The position numbers and the translations under genes are program-made. The notes below the pieces were generated by a model. It had not been told where the DNA came from. It saw nothing but the letters and a program-made list of their open reading frames with translations, and made no database searches. This document shows, piece by piece, positions 10,725 to 21,826 of a DNA stretch of 64,000 nt. Position 1 is the stretch's first letter. The number at the start of each line of letters is the position of its first letter. The stretch covers positions 64,596 through 128,595 of the forward strand of contig DATKGN010000013.1 of assembly GCA_035510735.1 (NCBI GenBank), given 5' to 3'. Source of the DNA: Patescibacteria group bacterium. GTDB lineage: Bacteria > Patescibacteriota > Microgenomatia > UBA10105 > UBA927.

Positions 10725-12686
10725 CTAATACATAATCTGATAAATTGCACCGCCAGACGTGGTAACTATCTTACGGAAATGATTATCACCGTCAAACCAC
10801 ACGGGTTGATTTTCCGTCAATATATACCGGACATGATACGTACGATACAACATATCTAATGCCGCGAGTGATCTGGTCCGTGCCAAAGATGCTACAGAAA
10901 ATTGAGCTGACATGAATGACTCGGCTATAGGTAAACGATTCTTCCACAACTCATCATAGCGAAACTGAACGACTTCACCGCCAAGAAATATCCGTTTACC
11001 TGCAAAAGCCGGAACATACGGCAGGGAAATGTACTTCGCCCATGACGTAAACTCTGCTGCCGAGTATTTCTGCATTTTCGGTAATTCCAATACCACATCT
11101 GAATATGATCCGATTGATGCTAACTCTGTATAGAATACCAAGTGAGCTTTCGAAACGGGTATACGGTCGTCATTCATAATGAAATTTAATTTCCAAATTG
11201 CAGAGGGAAGTGTTCCTAAAATAATAATCACGGCAGCTATCACGGCGACAGTTTTGGAGAGTTTTTCTACGATTCTTCCGATGCCAATACCGCACAAAAT
11301 ACCGATAAATACCATAAAATACCAAAAAAACTGAATCATGTTATACGCCCCAATGGGTTGAATAAACAACATGGGCATAATAAAGGATATGCATAATGTG
11401 AGTAGTATTGCCCATGTAAGCGTATTAAACTTTTTCGGAAACGGAATAAATCCAAAAAAACCGATAATCCGTGTTCCGATATTTCCCAATAGAAAAAAAA
11501 CAACTGCTTCGAATTCTAATTTTAGGACGCCTTTCACACTGCCTATAGCAAGAAGCGTCTGTCTTTTAAGCTCCCAATTCGTAAAATTCAATGTTCCCTG
11601 CATAACTCTGTTAGGCGGCCAGAGAAACTCGAATATGAGAAAACCGTATGACGCATTAAGGGGAAAGAAAACTAAGGCGCTAACAATCCCGCTTAGAATA
11701 AGAATGAGAAGCATCACCCATTGCTTTTTAAATACACCGTCGTAAAGGCAAATAAAACTTAATGTCCCCATAACGATGACACCTGCGTACACTTTAATTC
11801 CAACACTCACACCGGAAAGCAGTACAATCAACAACCCGATTAACCAACTTTTCCTGTGAATAAATTCACAAAGAAGTAAATACGTCCAAATAAGAACAAC
11901 GATAGATAACGTTACTGAGGGGCTAAGTAATAACGAAATTGGCTGTGTAATTCCGAAGCTGTCATCGAAACTTAAGGGTCTGTGATATATGTATGGCAGG
12001 ATAAATGAAAAACTACCGCCGAAAATAGCGAAAAAAGTTCCCCATAACGCCAGACTCTTCTTACGACACAATGCCTCGGCAAGTGCGTAAATTCCATAAA
12101 CAAATAAAAGGGACATCAGGATTGCTGCGAAGTGATAATGAAGATTGAGGATTGATATGGGAACAATTCGCGCTATCTCTCCAATCCAAAGATTATAAAA
12201 AATGTGATAACCCTTGAGAGGTGCTCCTGCTATGGACGGGTGCTGCGGCGGAAAATTTTCTTTCAACTCCCTCGCAAGGGCTATGTTCCATATCCCATCC
12301 TGACCGTTAACCGAGCGCAGTAATAAACCATTTGGCACAATCCAACCGCTCGTTACAACGGACAATGAAAAAACAAAGGCGAATATCAACAGAAGTACAT
12401 GGGGAGCTTCCCAACCAGTTTGTATTTTCTTCCACCATCTTTTCCATCGGAGAAATGCGATAACGTCAAAAACTGCTAACGTAATTGGCCCGCCTATCCG
12501 GAAACCAGCCATCCCAAAGCCGTAGGCCAGACCGATCATTAAGACTATTCCAACTGTTAAACCAAGCGTTACACGACGCCAGCCGGAATACGGAATCGAT
12601 CCGAAAGAAAATATTCCCTCCGCAGGCATTAACATCAGAAATATGACCGCGAAGGAAAAAAGAAGAAAATCGATAATAAAATTCAT
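10725..12686 (-). CDS. Large multi-TM protein, probable GT-C-fold glycosyltransferase
   Basis: More than 12 hydrophobic helices, loop NGQDGIWNIAL...PPQHP...YH, GIKVYAG, and a C-terminal soluble domain ending YHVRYIL; lies inside the GT cluster. Confidence 0.6.
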   Translation of the reverse strand: MNFIIDFLLFSFAVIFLMLMPAEGIFSFGSIPYSGWRRVTLGLTVGIVLMIGLAYGFGMAGFRIGGPITLAVFDVIAFLRWKRWWKKIQTGWEAPHVLLLIFAFVFSLSVVTSGWIVPNGLLLRSVNGQDGIWNIALARELKENFPPQHPSIAGAPLKGYHIFYNLWIGEIARIVPISILNLHYHFAAILMSLLFVYGIYALAEALCRKKSLALWGTFFAIFGGSFSFILPYIYHRPLSFDDSFGITQPISLLLSPSVTLSIVVLIWTYLLLCEFIHRKSWLIGLLIVLLSGVSVGIKVYAGVIVMGTLSFICLYDGVFKKQWVMLLILILSGIVSALVFFPLNASYGFLIFEFLWPPNRVMQGTLNFTNWELKRQTLLAIGSVKGVLKLEFEAVVFFLLGNIGTRIIGFFGFIPFPKKFNTLTWAILLTLCISFIMPMLFIQPIGAYNMIQFFWYFMVFIGILCGIGIGRIVEKLSKTVAVIAAVIIILGTLPSAIWKLNFIMNDDRIPVSKAHLVFYTELASIGSYSDVVLELPKMQKYSAAEFTSWAKYISLPYVPAFAGKRIFLGGEVVQFRYDELWKNRLPIAESFMSAQFSVASLARTRSLAALDMLYRTYHVRYILTENQPVWFDGDNHFRKIVTTSGGAIYQIMY

Positions 12687-12698
12687 GTGTGCGATTAA

Positions 12699-13619
12699 CT
12701 AGAGAGCTAAATCCTTATCAGAACGCTTCCATTTTGCTTTTAGCGCTTGCCGCTTTTTGAGAGCGGAAGGAAGCATGCCCAGTGCAAGAAAAAATCCCTG
12801 AATATGTATGAAATCGCCACGAAATAACGACTGACACAGTCGAACCGGTGTCCAAAAAACATGATCTATCATTATTGACAGATCGGTCAGATTTTTCCAA
12901 ATAAAAATAAATTGGTTACGGTATGCTATTCGTTTTACATCATCGGGAGTAAATTCACTCTTAATTTTTCCCTCTTCATGATAGTGATTCACAATGCTCT
13001 TCGGTTCAAAGATTATATCCCAACCCATCTTCCGGGCGCGATATGACAAATCAATATCTTCCCAGTAAAAGGGATTAAACAACTTATCCATGCTGTCCAG
13101 CTCACTCCATATGGATCTCCGGAAAGCTGCGCTTCCGCCAGAGGCCCACGCCGTATCACTTCCACCCACATCACCCCGCGAATGAATATAATATCCCTTT
13201 TCCCAATGGGCTAATCCACGACCACGCAGAATAACGCCGCCATTCTCAAAACTCCGTTCCAGACAACCTACGGCAAATACCCTGGAATCAGAAAAATGCT
13301 GAAGAAGCGGCGGCAAAAAATCTTTATCCGGCTCAACATCAGTGTTAAGAAGAATAACGATATCACCTGTTGCTTTTAAAACGCCGGAATTAACGTTCCC
13401 GGCAAAACCTTCGCGTTTTGTATTAGCGACAACGACGACATTCGGGAAACTGTTACGTAAATATTCTACTGACCCATCAGAAGACATATCGTCAGCAACG
13501 ACGATTTCCGCTTTTGGGGCCGCCAAAATAACATTCTTCAGATGCTTTTTCATTAGATAAACACCGTTCCAGTTCGGGATGACGATTGAAACGCTCAGGG
13601 GATGATTATTATTTTTCAT
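12699..13619 (-). CDS. GT2 family glycosyltransferase (rhamnosyltransferase-like)
   Basis: SIVIPNWNG, DDMSSDGS, LLNTD, YWEDIDLSYRA. Confidence 0.9.
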   Translation of the reverse strand: MKNNNHPLSVSIVIPNWNGVYLMKKHLKNVILAAPKAEIVVADDMSSDGSVEYLRNSFPNVVVVANTKREGFAGNVNSGVLKATGDIVILLNTDVEPDKDFLPPLLQHFSDSRVFAVGCLERSFENGGVILRGRGLAHWEKGYYIHSRGDVGGSDTAWASGGSAAFRRSIWSELDSMDKLFNPFYWEDIDLSYRARKMGWDIIFEPKSIVNHYHEEGKIKSEFTPDDVKRIAYRNQFIFIWKNLTDLSIMIDHVFWTPVRLCQSLFRGDFIHIQGFFLALGMLPSALKKRQALKAKWKRSDKDLAL

Positions 13620-13630
13620 AAACTTTGAAA

Positions 13631-15889
13631 TTAACGGTATATTAGATCAACTGAATGAGACCCTGTTGGCACGAGAACACCCATGAAAACATAATTCGTA
13701 CGGTATATCGCTGTAGCTTTCTTGTCAATGTATGCATGCCAGCCGGAAATATAGGAATTACTCACAACGAGTAACCTCGGTACCATCGTACTCACCTTAA
13801 AAGAAATCTGATCATCAGCATACCGTTTTATCTCAACTGTTTCCGAGGTTGTAAGCGGAACATTGATAGTTTGTACGGGATATTCTACAACTGCGGATAT
13901 ACCTGGTTTGAACGCCGGATTGTAAAGTTTATTCATGATGGCTTGTTTATTTATCAAAAATATCGGCTGCTCTACTAGATACGCCCGCGGGAGGAAATTT
14001 GGGGCCACAAACAACATTGTTTTTCCTTCAGTCAGTACTTTTTGAAATCCCATTCGACTTAAATCATCAAACGAAAGAACATATTGAACGTTGAATAATG
14101 GAAGAAGCGGCGATTGCACATTTTTCGGCACGAGGATGCGGTTAAAACCGAATGGTGGAGAAATATTCGGTGACCCCCGCCCCATAGCGGCAGCAAATTC
14201 CTCATACCGTGATGAATAAAGGGGATCGTATCCGTTAATCGATTCAATTCCGTAAAATTCATTAACGTTCGGCGGTAATATTCTGTCATCCGTCGTCATA
14301 ATACGAAATGGCTTCGGTTGCTTCTGCAGGTATGAAATAATTTTTGTCGTCGGGAAAAAATAGGAAGTGTCTGTAAAGGGCGTAAATTTCCATCCGAATC
14401 TGAATAGGTCGACAACAGTGAACAATATAATACATGAAGTTAACAACGGCAAAAATTTATTATGACGCTTTAACGTAATCAGTAACATAAGGAGCAGGCC
14501 TGATCCGATAAATATAACGGTGGGCACTACGAGGTTACGTTTTATTAAAATAACCTTATCGAGTGGAATACCGAATAATTTCGGGGCAAACGCGCCAAAC
14601 CACAAAACAACCAACAGAAGGAATAGAACCGAAACCCATTGAAATGCTTTTTTATGTTTTATAGTATCCGTTATCGCAGATAATCCGTATGCGGCAAGCA
14701 CCGAGAGACTAAAATCAATGATGACCAATAGTCTTGTCGGCTGTAAAGATGAAATGAGCGGGAGATGAAGCTGAAATGGCAAATAGGCAACCGGTGATGC
14801 TACAGCAAAAAGCAAGCTGATGATGACCATGAATAGCCAAAACATGGTTTGTGACCCTATCCCGATGAGCGCCAATAGTAGCCCCCCAACTCCGACATAT
14901 CCAACCATTTCACCATAATTCCACATTCCCCAATAATTGAGTGTTGCTGGATTTCCAAAATAATCGGGAGCAATAAATTGAACGAGATGCCGGAAGGGAA
15001 TAAAAAATCCTTCGGATTGCCATGCAGAACTTGTGAGTAGTCGACTTGTCTGAGGAAACCATTCAATAATTCTGAACATCTGCGGAGCTATCAGAATGTA
15101 TACGACGCACAAGCCAGTGAGATACATATAGGAATTCCGTAATAGAAATGCGCGTCTGTGGAACCATAAGGTGTATAAAACAATGAAAAGGGTGCTATAG
15201 AGAAAAATCTGACTGTGACCTGCGAAAAACGAGCATGCGATCGATAATCCCGCAATAAAAGCCCAAACCATTCGATTCCTGTTCTTCTCGTCAAAAATGT
15301 TATCGACCGCAAGTAGAGTCAACGGAGTCCACAACCATGAGGAAATCATTGTCCCCCATGTTAACCATGCAATAGAAAATCCGGAAAACGAAAAACAAAT
15401 TGCACCGAACAATGAGGGCAAGTTGCCTAATTTCTTATGACGCAGATATATATACAAAAATATTCCTGACAACAACGGCTGACTTATGATAAGCATCGTC
15501 CAGGCAGCCGCAAACGGAAATAATAAAAATAATATATTTAACGGATAAAGTGCACCGCTTTGTATGTTTGCTAAAAGCGGAGCTCCTGAGAAAGAATACG
15601 GGTCCCACAAGGATATCTTTCCCTGCCGCAGAGAATCGGTGAATGATTTGCGCCAGGGAATTTGCTGGCGGATGGGATCAGTGATAAGAAAATTTTTGAA
15701 GGGTATACCATTTGGATATTGAACCGCATAGGCATCTCTATAGGGTGAATAGAGTCCGACAAGAGCATCGGAAGGAACGGGCAACTTACCAAATACAATC
15801 GTCCGGTAAAAAAATACGCCCACGATAACCGTAAAAAGTAATACAAAAATCCAGTCGCTAAAACGTTTCAAACGTAATAATGATTTCAT
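13631..15889 (-). CDS. YfhO-family GT-C membrane protein
   Basis: TDPIRQQIPW, LWDPYSFSGAPLLAN, APDYFGNP, INGYDPL, GWHAYID...TNYVFMGV. Confidence 0.85.
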   Translation of the reverse strand: MKSLLRLKRFSDWIFVLLFTVIVGVFFYRTIVFGKLPVPSDALVGLYSPYRDAYAVQYPNGIPFKNFLITDPIRQQIPWRKSFTDSLRQGKISLWDPYSFSGAPLLANIQSGALYPLNILFLLFPFAAAWTMLIISQPLLSGIFLYIYLRHKKLGNLPSLFGAICFSFSGFSIAWLTWGTMISSWLWTPLTLLAVDNIFDEKNRNRMVWAFIAGLSIACSFFAGHSQIFLYSTLFIVLYTLWFHRRAFLLRNSYMYLTGLCVVYILIAPQMFRIIEWFPQTSRLLTSSAWQSEGFFIPFRHLVQFIAPDYFGNPATLNYWGMWNYGEMVGYVGVGGLLLALIGIGSQTMFWLFMVIISLLFAVASPVAYLPFQLHLPLISSLQPTRLLVIIDFSLSVLAAYGLSAITDTIKHKKAFQWVSVLFLLLVVLWFGAFAPKLFGIPLDKVILIKRNLVVPTVIFIGSGLLLMLLITLKRHNKFLPLLTSCIILFTVVDLFRFGWKFTPFTDTSYFFPTTKIISYLQKQPKPFRIMTTDDRILPPNVNEFYGIESINGYDPLYSSRYEEFAAAMGRGSPNISPPFGFNRILVPKNVQSPLLPLFNVQYVLSFDDLSRMGFQKVLTEGKTMLFVAPNFLPRAYLVEQPIFLINKQAIMNKLYNPAFKPGISAVVEYPVQTINVPLTTSETVEIKRYADDQISFKVSTMVPRLLVVSNSYISGWHAYIDKKATAIYRTNYVFMGVLVPTGSHSVDLIYR

Positions 15890-16950
15890 ATTATTTTATT
15901 TGTACCCGTTATATCTAATAATAATGCATCAAATGACCGGCAAAATCGGTCCTTCGTGAATGCGGTTGAACTTTTGAGAGCAGCCGCTGCCATGGCGCTT
16001 CGTAGCTCCGTATTTTTAATGAGTGTCGTGGTTTCCTGGATCAGCTCCTCCGTTGTATTCCAGAGGAATCCGCTTTTCCGATTCGCAATTATTTCCGGTT
16101 GCCCCCCTCCGTCAAAAACGACCGGTACGGCTCCTGCTGCCATGGCCTCAACTGTCGTTATTCCGAAATGCTCCATATGTTCCGGTTTTGTTTCCCCGTA
16201 GCCTGCTGCATGCCAATAGATAGAAGCGGCGGAATAGTGAGTATTAAGCGTTTCGTACGAACAATTAGGGTAAAATTCGACGGGCAAGCCTTTTGCTTTC
16301 AGTTTCAGGGAATTGAAATAGTCGGTATCACTTGATAATAATCCACCCGCAATGACAAGCTTCCACCCCTTTAAGAGCGGGCTCTTATATAGTTTACGGA
16401 ATGTCTCGATGAGCACATTCTGTTTCTTTGCTCCATAATGCCCGTTAAATCTGCCGACTGACAAAAGTATCTTCGATTTTCTGCCGGGCTTTAGTGCGCT
16501 CACATCAACAGGCGGGTAAATAACCGTTCTGGGGATGACAAGGTGAGGATCAAGGTGCTTTTTCGTAAATTCCGAATTGCATACAATCCGCTGATAACGG
16601 AATGCTTTCCAAAAAGGCATCGAAATATGAGAAAACGGCACCTGAAAATGAAGTATATTGTATTTTGCAGCAGATAATGGAATACTTCCGTCACTCAGGA
16701 AAAAAATAAGATCGTATGAGCTCGTGGTCATTAACTTCCCAATACTATTTCCCAACTGGAACACATTTGCGACAATACTCACTTTTGCTAGGTCAATACT
16801 AAATCTCTTTTGAACCTCAGCTTTCACTTTATTATCATCCCAGAACACGCTAACATTGTGTATTTGGGACCAATGTTCAGCCAGGCTAAACACATAACGC
16901 TCCCCTCCTCCAAGAGAATCTAAATATGGACTATATATACCGATTTTCAT
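15886..16950 (-). CDS. GT4 (Glycos_transf_1) glycosyltransferase
   Basis: GGGERY N-terminus, LSVGRF, EHFGITTVEAMAAG (EX7E). Confidence 0.9.
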   Translation of the reverse strand: MKIGIYSPYLDSLGGGERYVFSLAEHWSQIHNVSVFWDDNKVKAEVQKRFSIDLAKVSIVANVFQLGNSIGKLMTTSSYDLIFFLSDGSIPLSAAKYNILHFQVPFSHISMPFWKAFRYQRIVCNSEFTKKHLDPHLVIPRTVIYPPVDVSALKPGRKSKILLSVGRFNGHYGAKKQNVLIETFRKLYKSPLLKGWKLVIAGGLLSSDTDYFNSLKLKAKGLPVEFYPNCSYETLNTHYSAASIYWHAAGYGETKPEHMEHFGITTVEAMAAGAVPVVFDGGGQPEIIANRKSGFLWNTTEELIQETTTLIKNTELRSAMAAAALKSSTAFTKDRFCRSFDALLLDITGTNKII

Positions 16951-19256
16951 ATTACGGAAGCTAAAAACACTCCAGAAAATATTATTACAAAACCCATTAC
17001 GGCAAACATAAATCCGACACGCAGGCTATCCGGAAAATAAACAAATTGAACGATATGACCACCGGCCGGGATGGCCACCGCACGAAAATCATAGTCTGCG
17101 CGATAGATCTCCGATGGCTTACCATCAACAGTCGCGTGCCATCCCGGATCAAATACATCCGACAAAAAAAGCAATTTTGGAACTACTGAAGAAGTTTTTA
17201 CGGTCACGTTGTTTGGTTTGTAGGACACAATATCCGCTGACCCTGAACCGATTCTCGGCTTAATCGCAGGCTCCTTCTCAAGTATCAATGATTCTCTCCG
17301 ATCAAAAGTGCTATCGAAAAGCGTTTGAATAATTGCGGTGTCACTTTGAATGGTCGTAAAGGACGAAGCAAGAAAGGCCCGTGGGTAAGCCTTTACATAT
17401 TCAAATATCTCATAGCTGTTATCAGAGTAAATTTGTTTCATAGATGAATCAGGTAAATATTCCCAAAATGGAAATGCCCAAATATTTCTCCCGTCGCTAA
17501 TCCTGTGGTAAATATAACGGACGCCTAACAGTTGAAGTATATCTGTTTTATATATTCCCTCTTTATCAAATAACACGACGGAACGGCCTCCGGGGGAAAT
17601 ATACCCGTTTGACGATGCATTAATGAACTGTGCGTAGCGGCCCTGATAGAGAGCGTCATATCCTTCGATAAGCGGCAAATGGAACGTTCCTCCTACTTCA
17701 TTCCCGATGTTACCGAACACCCGGTCATTCCCGATTTTCGATTGAAGAACCATCAATGATTTTTCTTCGGGATAAATATACTGCCTGGGGTCAAACGGCA
17801 TCCACTTCGTTACGAACCGGTACGAATCAAAAAGGATCAATCCCAAAATAAGACCTGTTACGACGACACGCATATATTTTTGCTTTAAAGATCCCGCAAA
17901 CATTAACACAAAAGTTACGATTGCAAACAGCGTTGGCAATACGAAGTTTCTCTTCGCGATTGTTAATTTATCTATGGGTAATGGTTTTCCTAATAACAGA
18001 AATACCCAGAGAAAAATAACAACGAACAGAGCAATAACTATAAATCGAATCGGAGATTTTTTTCCGAACCGCCAATAGTCTACAAGTTCATCAAATCCAT
18101 AAGACGCAAGCACGGTAAGAGAAAAACTAAACAGTACGATAATTCTTGAAGCCGCGCTCGTTGATAGTGCCGGTATTTTCAGCCGGAATAGAAGGTCATT
18201 AACCGGCGTCGGATACGCAAGAAGTAATGCCAAAGCGGCGAGAGTAATAAAAAATTTCTTGTCCGATTTAAAATTCCTCACACTCCCGAAAACCGCTAAA
18301 AGAAAAGGCACAACTCCTATATAGGAAGACCATTCCGCATAATGTCCGAACCAGTCGTTCCGTGTCACCGGATTGCCGAAGAAATCCGGTGCGAATGTGG
18401 TCACGATATATTGCCAGGGAATTACCTCTAATTTTGCATAACTCGCCCCCCGTGTTGACGCCCTATACGCATCAAGTGTTAGCAATAATTGCGGTGCAGC
18501 AATAAATAATCCGCCGATACTATAAAGAAGCAATGCGGCCCCCTGCAACCACTTGCGGGAATCTGCAGCTTTAAAAATGATATATAACACCACCGTCGCC
18601 ATCACATACAGGCTGATCTGAAAATGCCCCGAAACGAACGATAATGCAACGCTTGCTGCGAGAATTAAGCGGGCTATTGATGATTTCCTAATAAAGTCAG
18701 TTGTGACTGCCCATAAAGACCATGGGAGAAATGCTATAGCGTAACCAAGCGTGCCGTATGCCATCCAGGTTGTCATAAAGCCGCAAAACATAAATCCTAT
18801 GGCTCCGATAAGTGCCCCTGTTTTTGACCGGGAGAGTCTTCTTACAAACAAATAGGTTCCAATACCTGCTATGAGAGGTTGCAGAAGAATGAGAACGCTC
18901 CATGCATCAATAAACGGAAGAATCATAAATAGCAGGTTCATCGGGGAAAATACAGCCGATTGATAGTTAGCTGCAAGCGGAGTACCGGAGAAACTATAAG
19001 GATTCCAAAGCGGTATTGCCCCGTTCTTCCAGATATCGATAGTAAGTTTTCTCCAGGGATACATCTGAGATATCACATCCGGCATCGCATTATTTTTGAC
19101 AGGCATACCGTTCATGGCATTCCAAGGAGGAAAAAATGTAACTAAATATTTCGACGGAAACGGGATAAGTCCGCGGACAAAATACGGTGAGGAAAAAACA
19201 AACCAAAGAATGATAATCACGATAATCGGCCAAAATCTCGTAAGGAATTGTCTCAT
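16947..19256 (-). CDS. YfhO-family GT-C membrane protein
   Basis: PDVISQMYPW, PLWNPYSFSGTPLAAN, APDFFGNP, LSDVFDPGWHATVDG. Start placed at ATG 19256 (ATGA overlap with the upstream GT2). Confidence 0.85.
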   Translation of the reverse strand: MRQFLTRFWPIIVIIILWFVFSSPYFVRGLIPFPSKYLVTFFPPWNAMNGMPVKNNAMPDVISQMYPWRKLTIDIWKNGAIPLWNPYSFSGTPLAANYQSAVFSPMNLLFMILPFIDAWSVLILLQPLIAGIGTYLFVRRLSRSKTGALIGAIGFMFCGFMTTWMAYGTLGYAIAFLPWSLWAVTTDFIRKSSIARLILAASVALSFVSGHFQISLYVMATVVLYIIFKAADSRKWLQGAALLLYSIGGLFIAAPQLLLTLDAYRASTRGASYAKLEVIPWQYIVTTFAPDFFGNPVTRNDWFGHYAEWSSYIGVVPFLLAVFGSVRNFKSDKKFFITLAALALLLAYPTPVNDLLFRLKIPALSTSAASRIIVLFSFSLTVLASYGFDELVDYWRFGKKSPIRFIVIALFVVIFLWVFLLLGKPLPIDKLTIAKRNFVLPTLFAIVTFVLMFAGSLKQKYMRVVVTGLILGLILFDSYRFVTKWMPFDPRQYIYPEEKSLMVLQSKIGNDRVFGNIGNEVGGTFHLPLIEGYDALYQGRYAQFINASSNGYISPGGRSVVLFDKEGIYKTDILQLLGVRYIYHRISDGRNIWAFPFWEYLPDSSMKQIYSDNSYEIFEYVKAYPRAFLASSFTTIQSDTAIIQTLFDSTFDRRESLILEKEPAIKPRIGSGSADIVSYKPNNVTVKTSSVVPKLLFLSDVFDPGWHATVDGKPSEIYRADYDFRAVAIPAGGHIVQFVYFPDSLRVGFMFAVMGFVIIFSGVFLASVI

Positions 19257-20005
19257 GATGTCCTTTTCTGCAGTTCCCAAAGCTTCGCGTACGTAATAAA
19301 CATGCTGAATGCCTGATAAATGCTTTCAATTAACCCGACCGTACCCGCTTTCCAGCCCCCCTGGCGGATAAACGAATCAAAAAAAGCGGTCATCATGACG
19401 CGAAGAAGTCTCCACCAGGAAATGAGTGGATGATGACTTTTAAACCGTAACTCTGCTTCTAAAGCAGACCATTTATTAGTTTTATCGACCATTTCCTCAA
19501 GCGTTCGGTGCGTTTTGTGAATAAAGCAATTGCGAAGCGTTGAAATTGGCCCATGAACGACCGCATGCTCATGCAGAACTCCGTCCCACTGCGAGAGGGC
19601 ATCGTTTCGGATCAAGCGAACCATACCATCCCTACTGGGCCACAACAAGCCGAGGTAATAATTCTGTCGGGGAATAAAATAAGCGCGTGAAGCATGCTCA
19701 CCAGTTATTTCGCTCATAATTTCTTCGCGAAGCGGCGGCGGGACCAATTCATCGGCGTCCACGTAAAGAAGCCATATACCATGCGCTGCTTTAGCACCGT
19801 TATTCCGAAGCAGCGAAAAGTTATTACTCCGTACATTTACAACTATAGCGCCGCATTTTTTTGCGATAAGCGCTGTTTCATCCGTTGAAGCGTTATCAAT
19901 AACAATGCACTCATCTGCCCATGAAAGGCTCTGTAAACACCCCTCCAAGCGTTTTGCTTCATTTCTGGCAATAACAATCGCACTAAGAAGTATTCTTCTT
20001 TTCAT
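19253..20005 (-). CDS. GT2 glycosyltransferase (beta-1,4-glucosyltransferase-like)
   Basis: IARNEA, IDNASTD, LYVDADE, LHEH. Start taken at the second Met. Confidence 0.88.
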   Translation of the reverse strand: MKRRILLSAIVIARNEAKRLEGCLQSLSWADECIVIDNASTDETALIAKKCGAIVVNVRSNNFSLLRNNGAKAAHGIWLLYVDADELVPPPLREEIMSEITGEHASRAYFIPRQNYYLGLLWPSRDGMVRLIRNDALSQWDGVLHEHAVVHGPISTLRNCFIHKTHRTLEEMVDKTNKWSALEAELRFKSHHPLISWWRLLRVMMTAFFDSFIRQGGWKAGTVGLIESIYQAFSMFITYAKLWELQKRTS

Positions 20006-20915
20006 ACTGTTTTCCAAACCTACCGGTTAAGGCATCAATAATAGCTTTCCGGCGTATAGGTGATTTACCGAATAGAAATTTGGTTCCTTCCCGAAGCAAT
20101 GCGACTTTTGTCCTCAAAGGAGCATACCGGAGGCCAAACAACAATCTATTCCGGGTAAAATAATACTCATGCAATGGGTTTCCCGGCCTCCCGGATGAAC
20201 CGGCATTCACATGCCAGACAATGGATGTAGGCGCATACAACGTCTTGTAACCGGCTTTTTGAATTCTGAGGCTCCAATCCAAATCTTCTAAATAAAGGTA
20301 ATACGCATCATCAAGCATACCGACCCTTCGTACAACGTCACTTCGAACCACGAAGGAGCAACCGGTGATAAATGGTGTTTCAATTGGGGCATCGTATTGA
20401 CCGTGATCGACTTCATCTACTCCTCGGTGTGATGCATACATATTATCCCAATCGACGAGCCCTCCCGCGTACCAAAAAACCCGTCCGCGCTCTTCTTTCG
20501 CATACCGGTCGTTGTGATACTCATGGCCAGGCGCGAAGTAAATTTTACTACCGCAGGCGCCAACCGTTGGGTCATCAAAAACGTTCAAAAATGATAAAAC
20601 GTCTTTGTCCACTTCCGTGTCGTTATTCAAAAGCCACACAAAATCTGCTTTATGTTCCAGGGCATGCTGGATGCCGACATTATTACCGCCGGTAAACCCT
20701 AAGTTCTTGCCTGTCGGAATTACCTGAACCCATGGAAATTTCGATTGAAAATAAACTACGGAATCATCCGATGATCCGTTATCAACAACAAGAATATGCA
20801 CGTCATGACCAAATTTGAATATTTTATGAAGAGAAATCAAACAGGTTTCAGTATCTTTTTTCCCGTTCCAATTTACAACAACAATATATATACATAAACC
20901 GGTTGCTTGTTTCAT
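19983..20915 (-). CDS. GT2 glycosyltransferase (rhamnosyltransferase-like)
   Basis: VVVNWNG, VDNGSSD, NLGFTGGNN, LLNND, YLEDLDWS. Confidence 0.9.
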   Translation of the reverse strand: MKQATGLCIYIVVVNWNGKKDTETCLISLHKIFKFGHDVHILVVDNGSSDDSVVYFQSKFPWVQVIPTGKNLGFTGGNNVGIQHALEHKADFVWLLNNDTEVDKDVLSFLNVFDDPTVGACGSKIYFAPGHEYHNDRYAKEERGRVFWYAGGLVDWDNMYASHRGVDEVDHGQYDAPIETPFITGCSFVVRSDVVRRVGMLDDAYYLYLEDLDWSLRIQKAGYKTLYAPTSIVWHVNAGSSGRPGNPLHEYYFTRNRLLFGLRYAPLRTKVALLREGTKFLFGKSPIRRKAIIDALTGRFGKQYEKKNTS

Positions 20916-21823
20916 GAGTGAAACCCAATTAATTTTCTCTCAAATTTTCCTTTTATTTTTTTTAACACATTTTTTGATTCCCCGATGGTCATCGTCAAAA
21001 TCCAATATCTTGCTTCTTTTCCTCTCTGAGTAAGTTCACTCTCAATGGCTTTCGGTGTTATATCGCGATCAGGAAACCCCTGCATTTCCCAATATTTTGC
21101 AAAAACGGCAAAAGAATAAAAAGCCTGGAATAATGCAAGAACCAATCCGTGTAGGCCATCTTTAAACCCACCTTCCGCGAAGTAAATCTTTAGAAAATCC
21201 GATAACGGAAACCGGATTGCGTCATACCAAACGAACTGATGATTCATTTCTTTCAGTGTTAACGCTTCACTTGTCGATGCGCGGTCAATTTTTGTCAAAT
21301 ATTGATGCACCGACTCATAATTATGGTGGACATACGGCAGTGTTAATTCGCCCACCTGACCGTCAACAGCTATATATTCGTGAATGTGAATACACGGAAA
21401 TTTCCCAGCTCCCCGCCTAAATAAACGGATTTGCTTATCCGGCCACCACAACCCATGAGTAATCCACTTGCCGAATGAATAGTTTTTGCGTTTAATCCAG
21501 AATCCATTCTCTTTCGGATTATTTCTTACAACCGATTGAATTTCCTTGGCAAGATCAGGCGGAATCTCTTCATCCGCATCCAAATTGAGAATCCAGTCGC
21601 TTTTTACCTTTGTAAAGCCATAATTTTTATTACTATTCAACATTAACTCGTTAGGACGAGTAAAAACTGATTTAGTAAATTTATGGGCTATTTCAGGAGT
21701 TTTATCTGATGAGGTATTATCGACAACAATTATTTCATCGGCAAACGATACCGAGGTTAGACACCTTGAGAGCGTTCTTTCTTCATTAAATGCCGATACA
21801 ACAACCGAAATAGTTTGTTTCAT
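20912..21823 (-). CDS. GT2 glycosyltransferase (beta-1,4-glucosyltransferase-like)
   Basis: SAFNEE, VDNTSSD, LNLDADE, IHE. Confidence 0.88.
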   Translation of the reverse strand: MKQTISVVVSAFNEERTLSRCLTSVSFADEIIVVDNTSSDKTPEIAHKFTKSVFTRPNELMLNSNKNYGFTKVKSDWILNLDADEEIPPDLAKEIQSVVRNNPKENGFWIKRKNYSFGKWITHGLWWPDKQIRLFRRGAGKFPCIHIHEYIAVDGQVGELTLPYVHHNYESVHQYLTKIDRASTSEALTLKEMNHQFVWYDAIRFPLSDFLKIYFAEGGFKDGLHGLVLALFQAFYSFAVFAKYWEMQGFPDRDITPKAIESELTQRGKEARYWILTMTIGESKNVLKKIKGKFERKLIGFHS

Positions 21824-21826
21824 ACG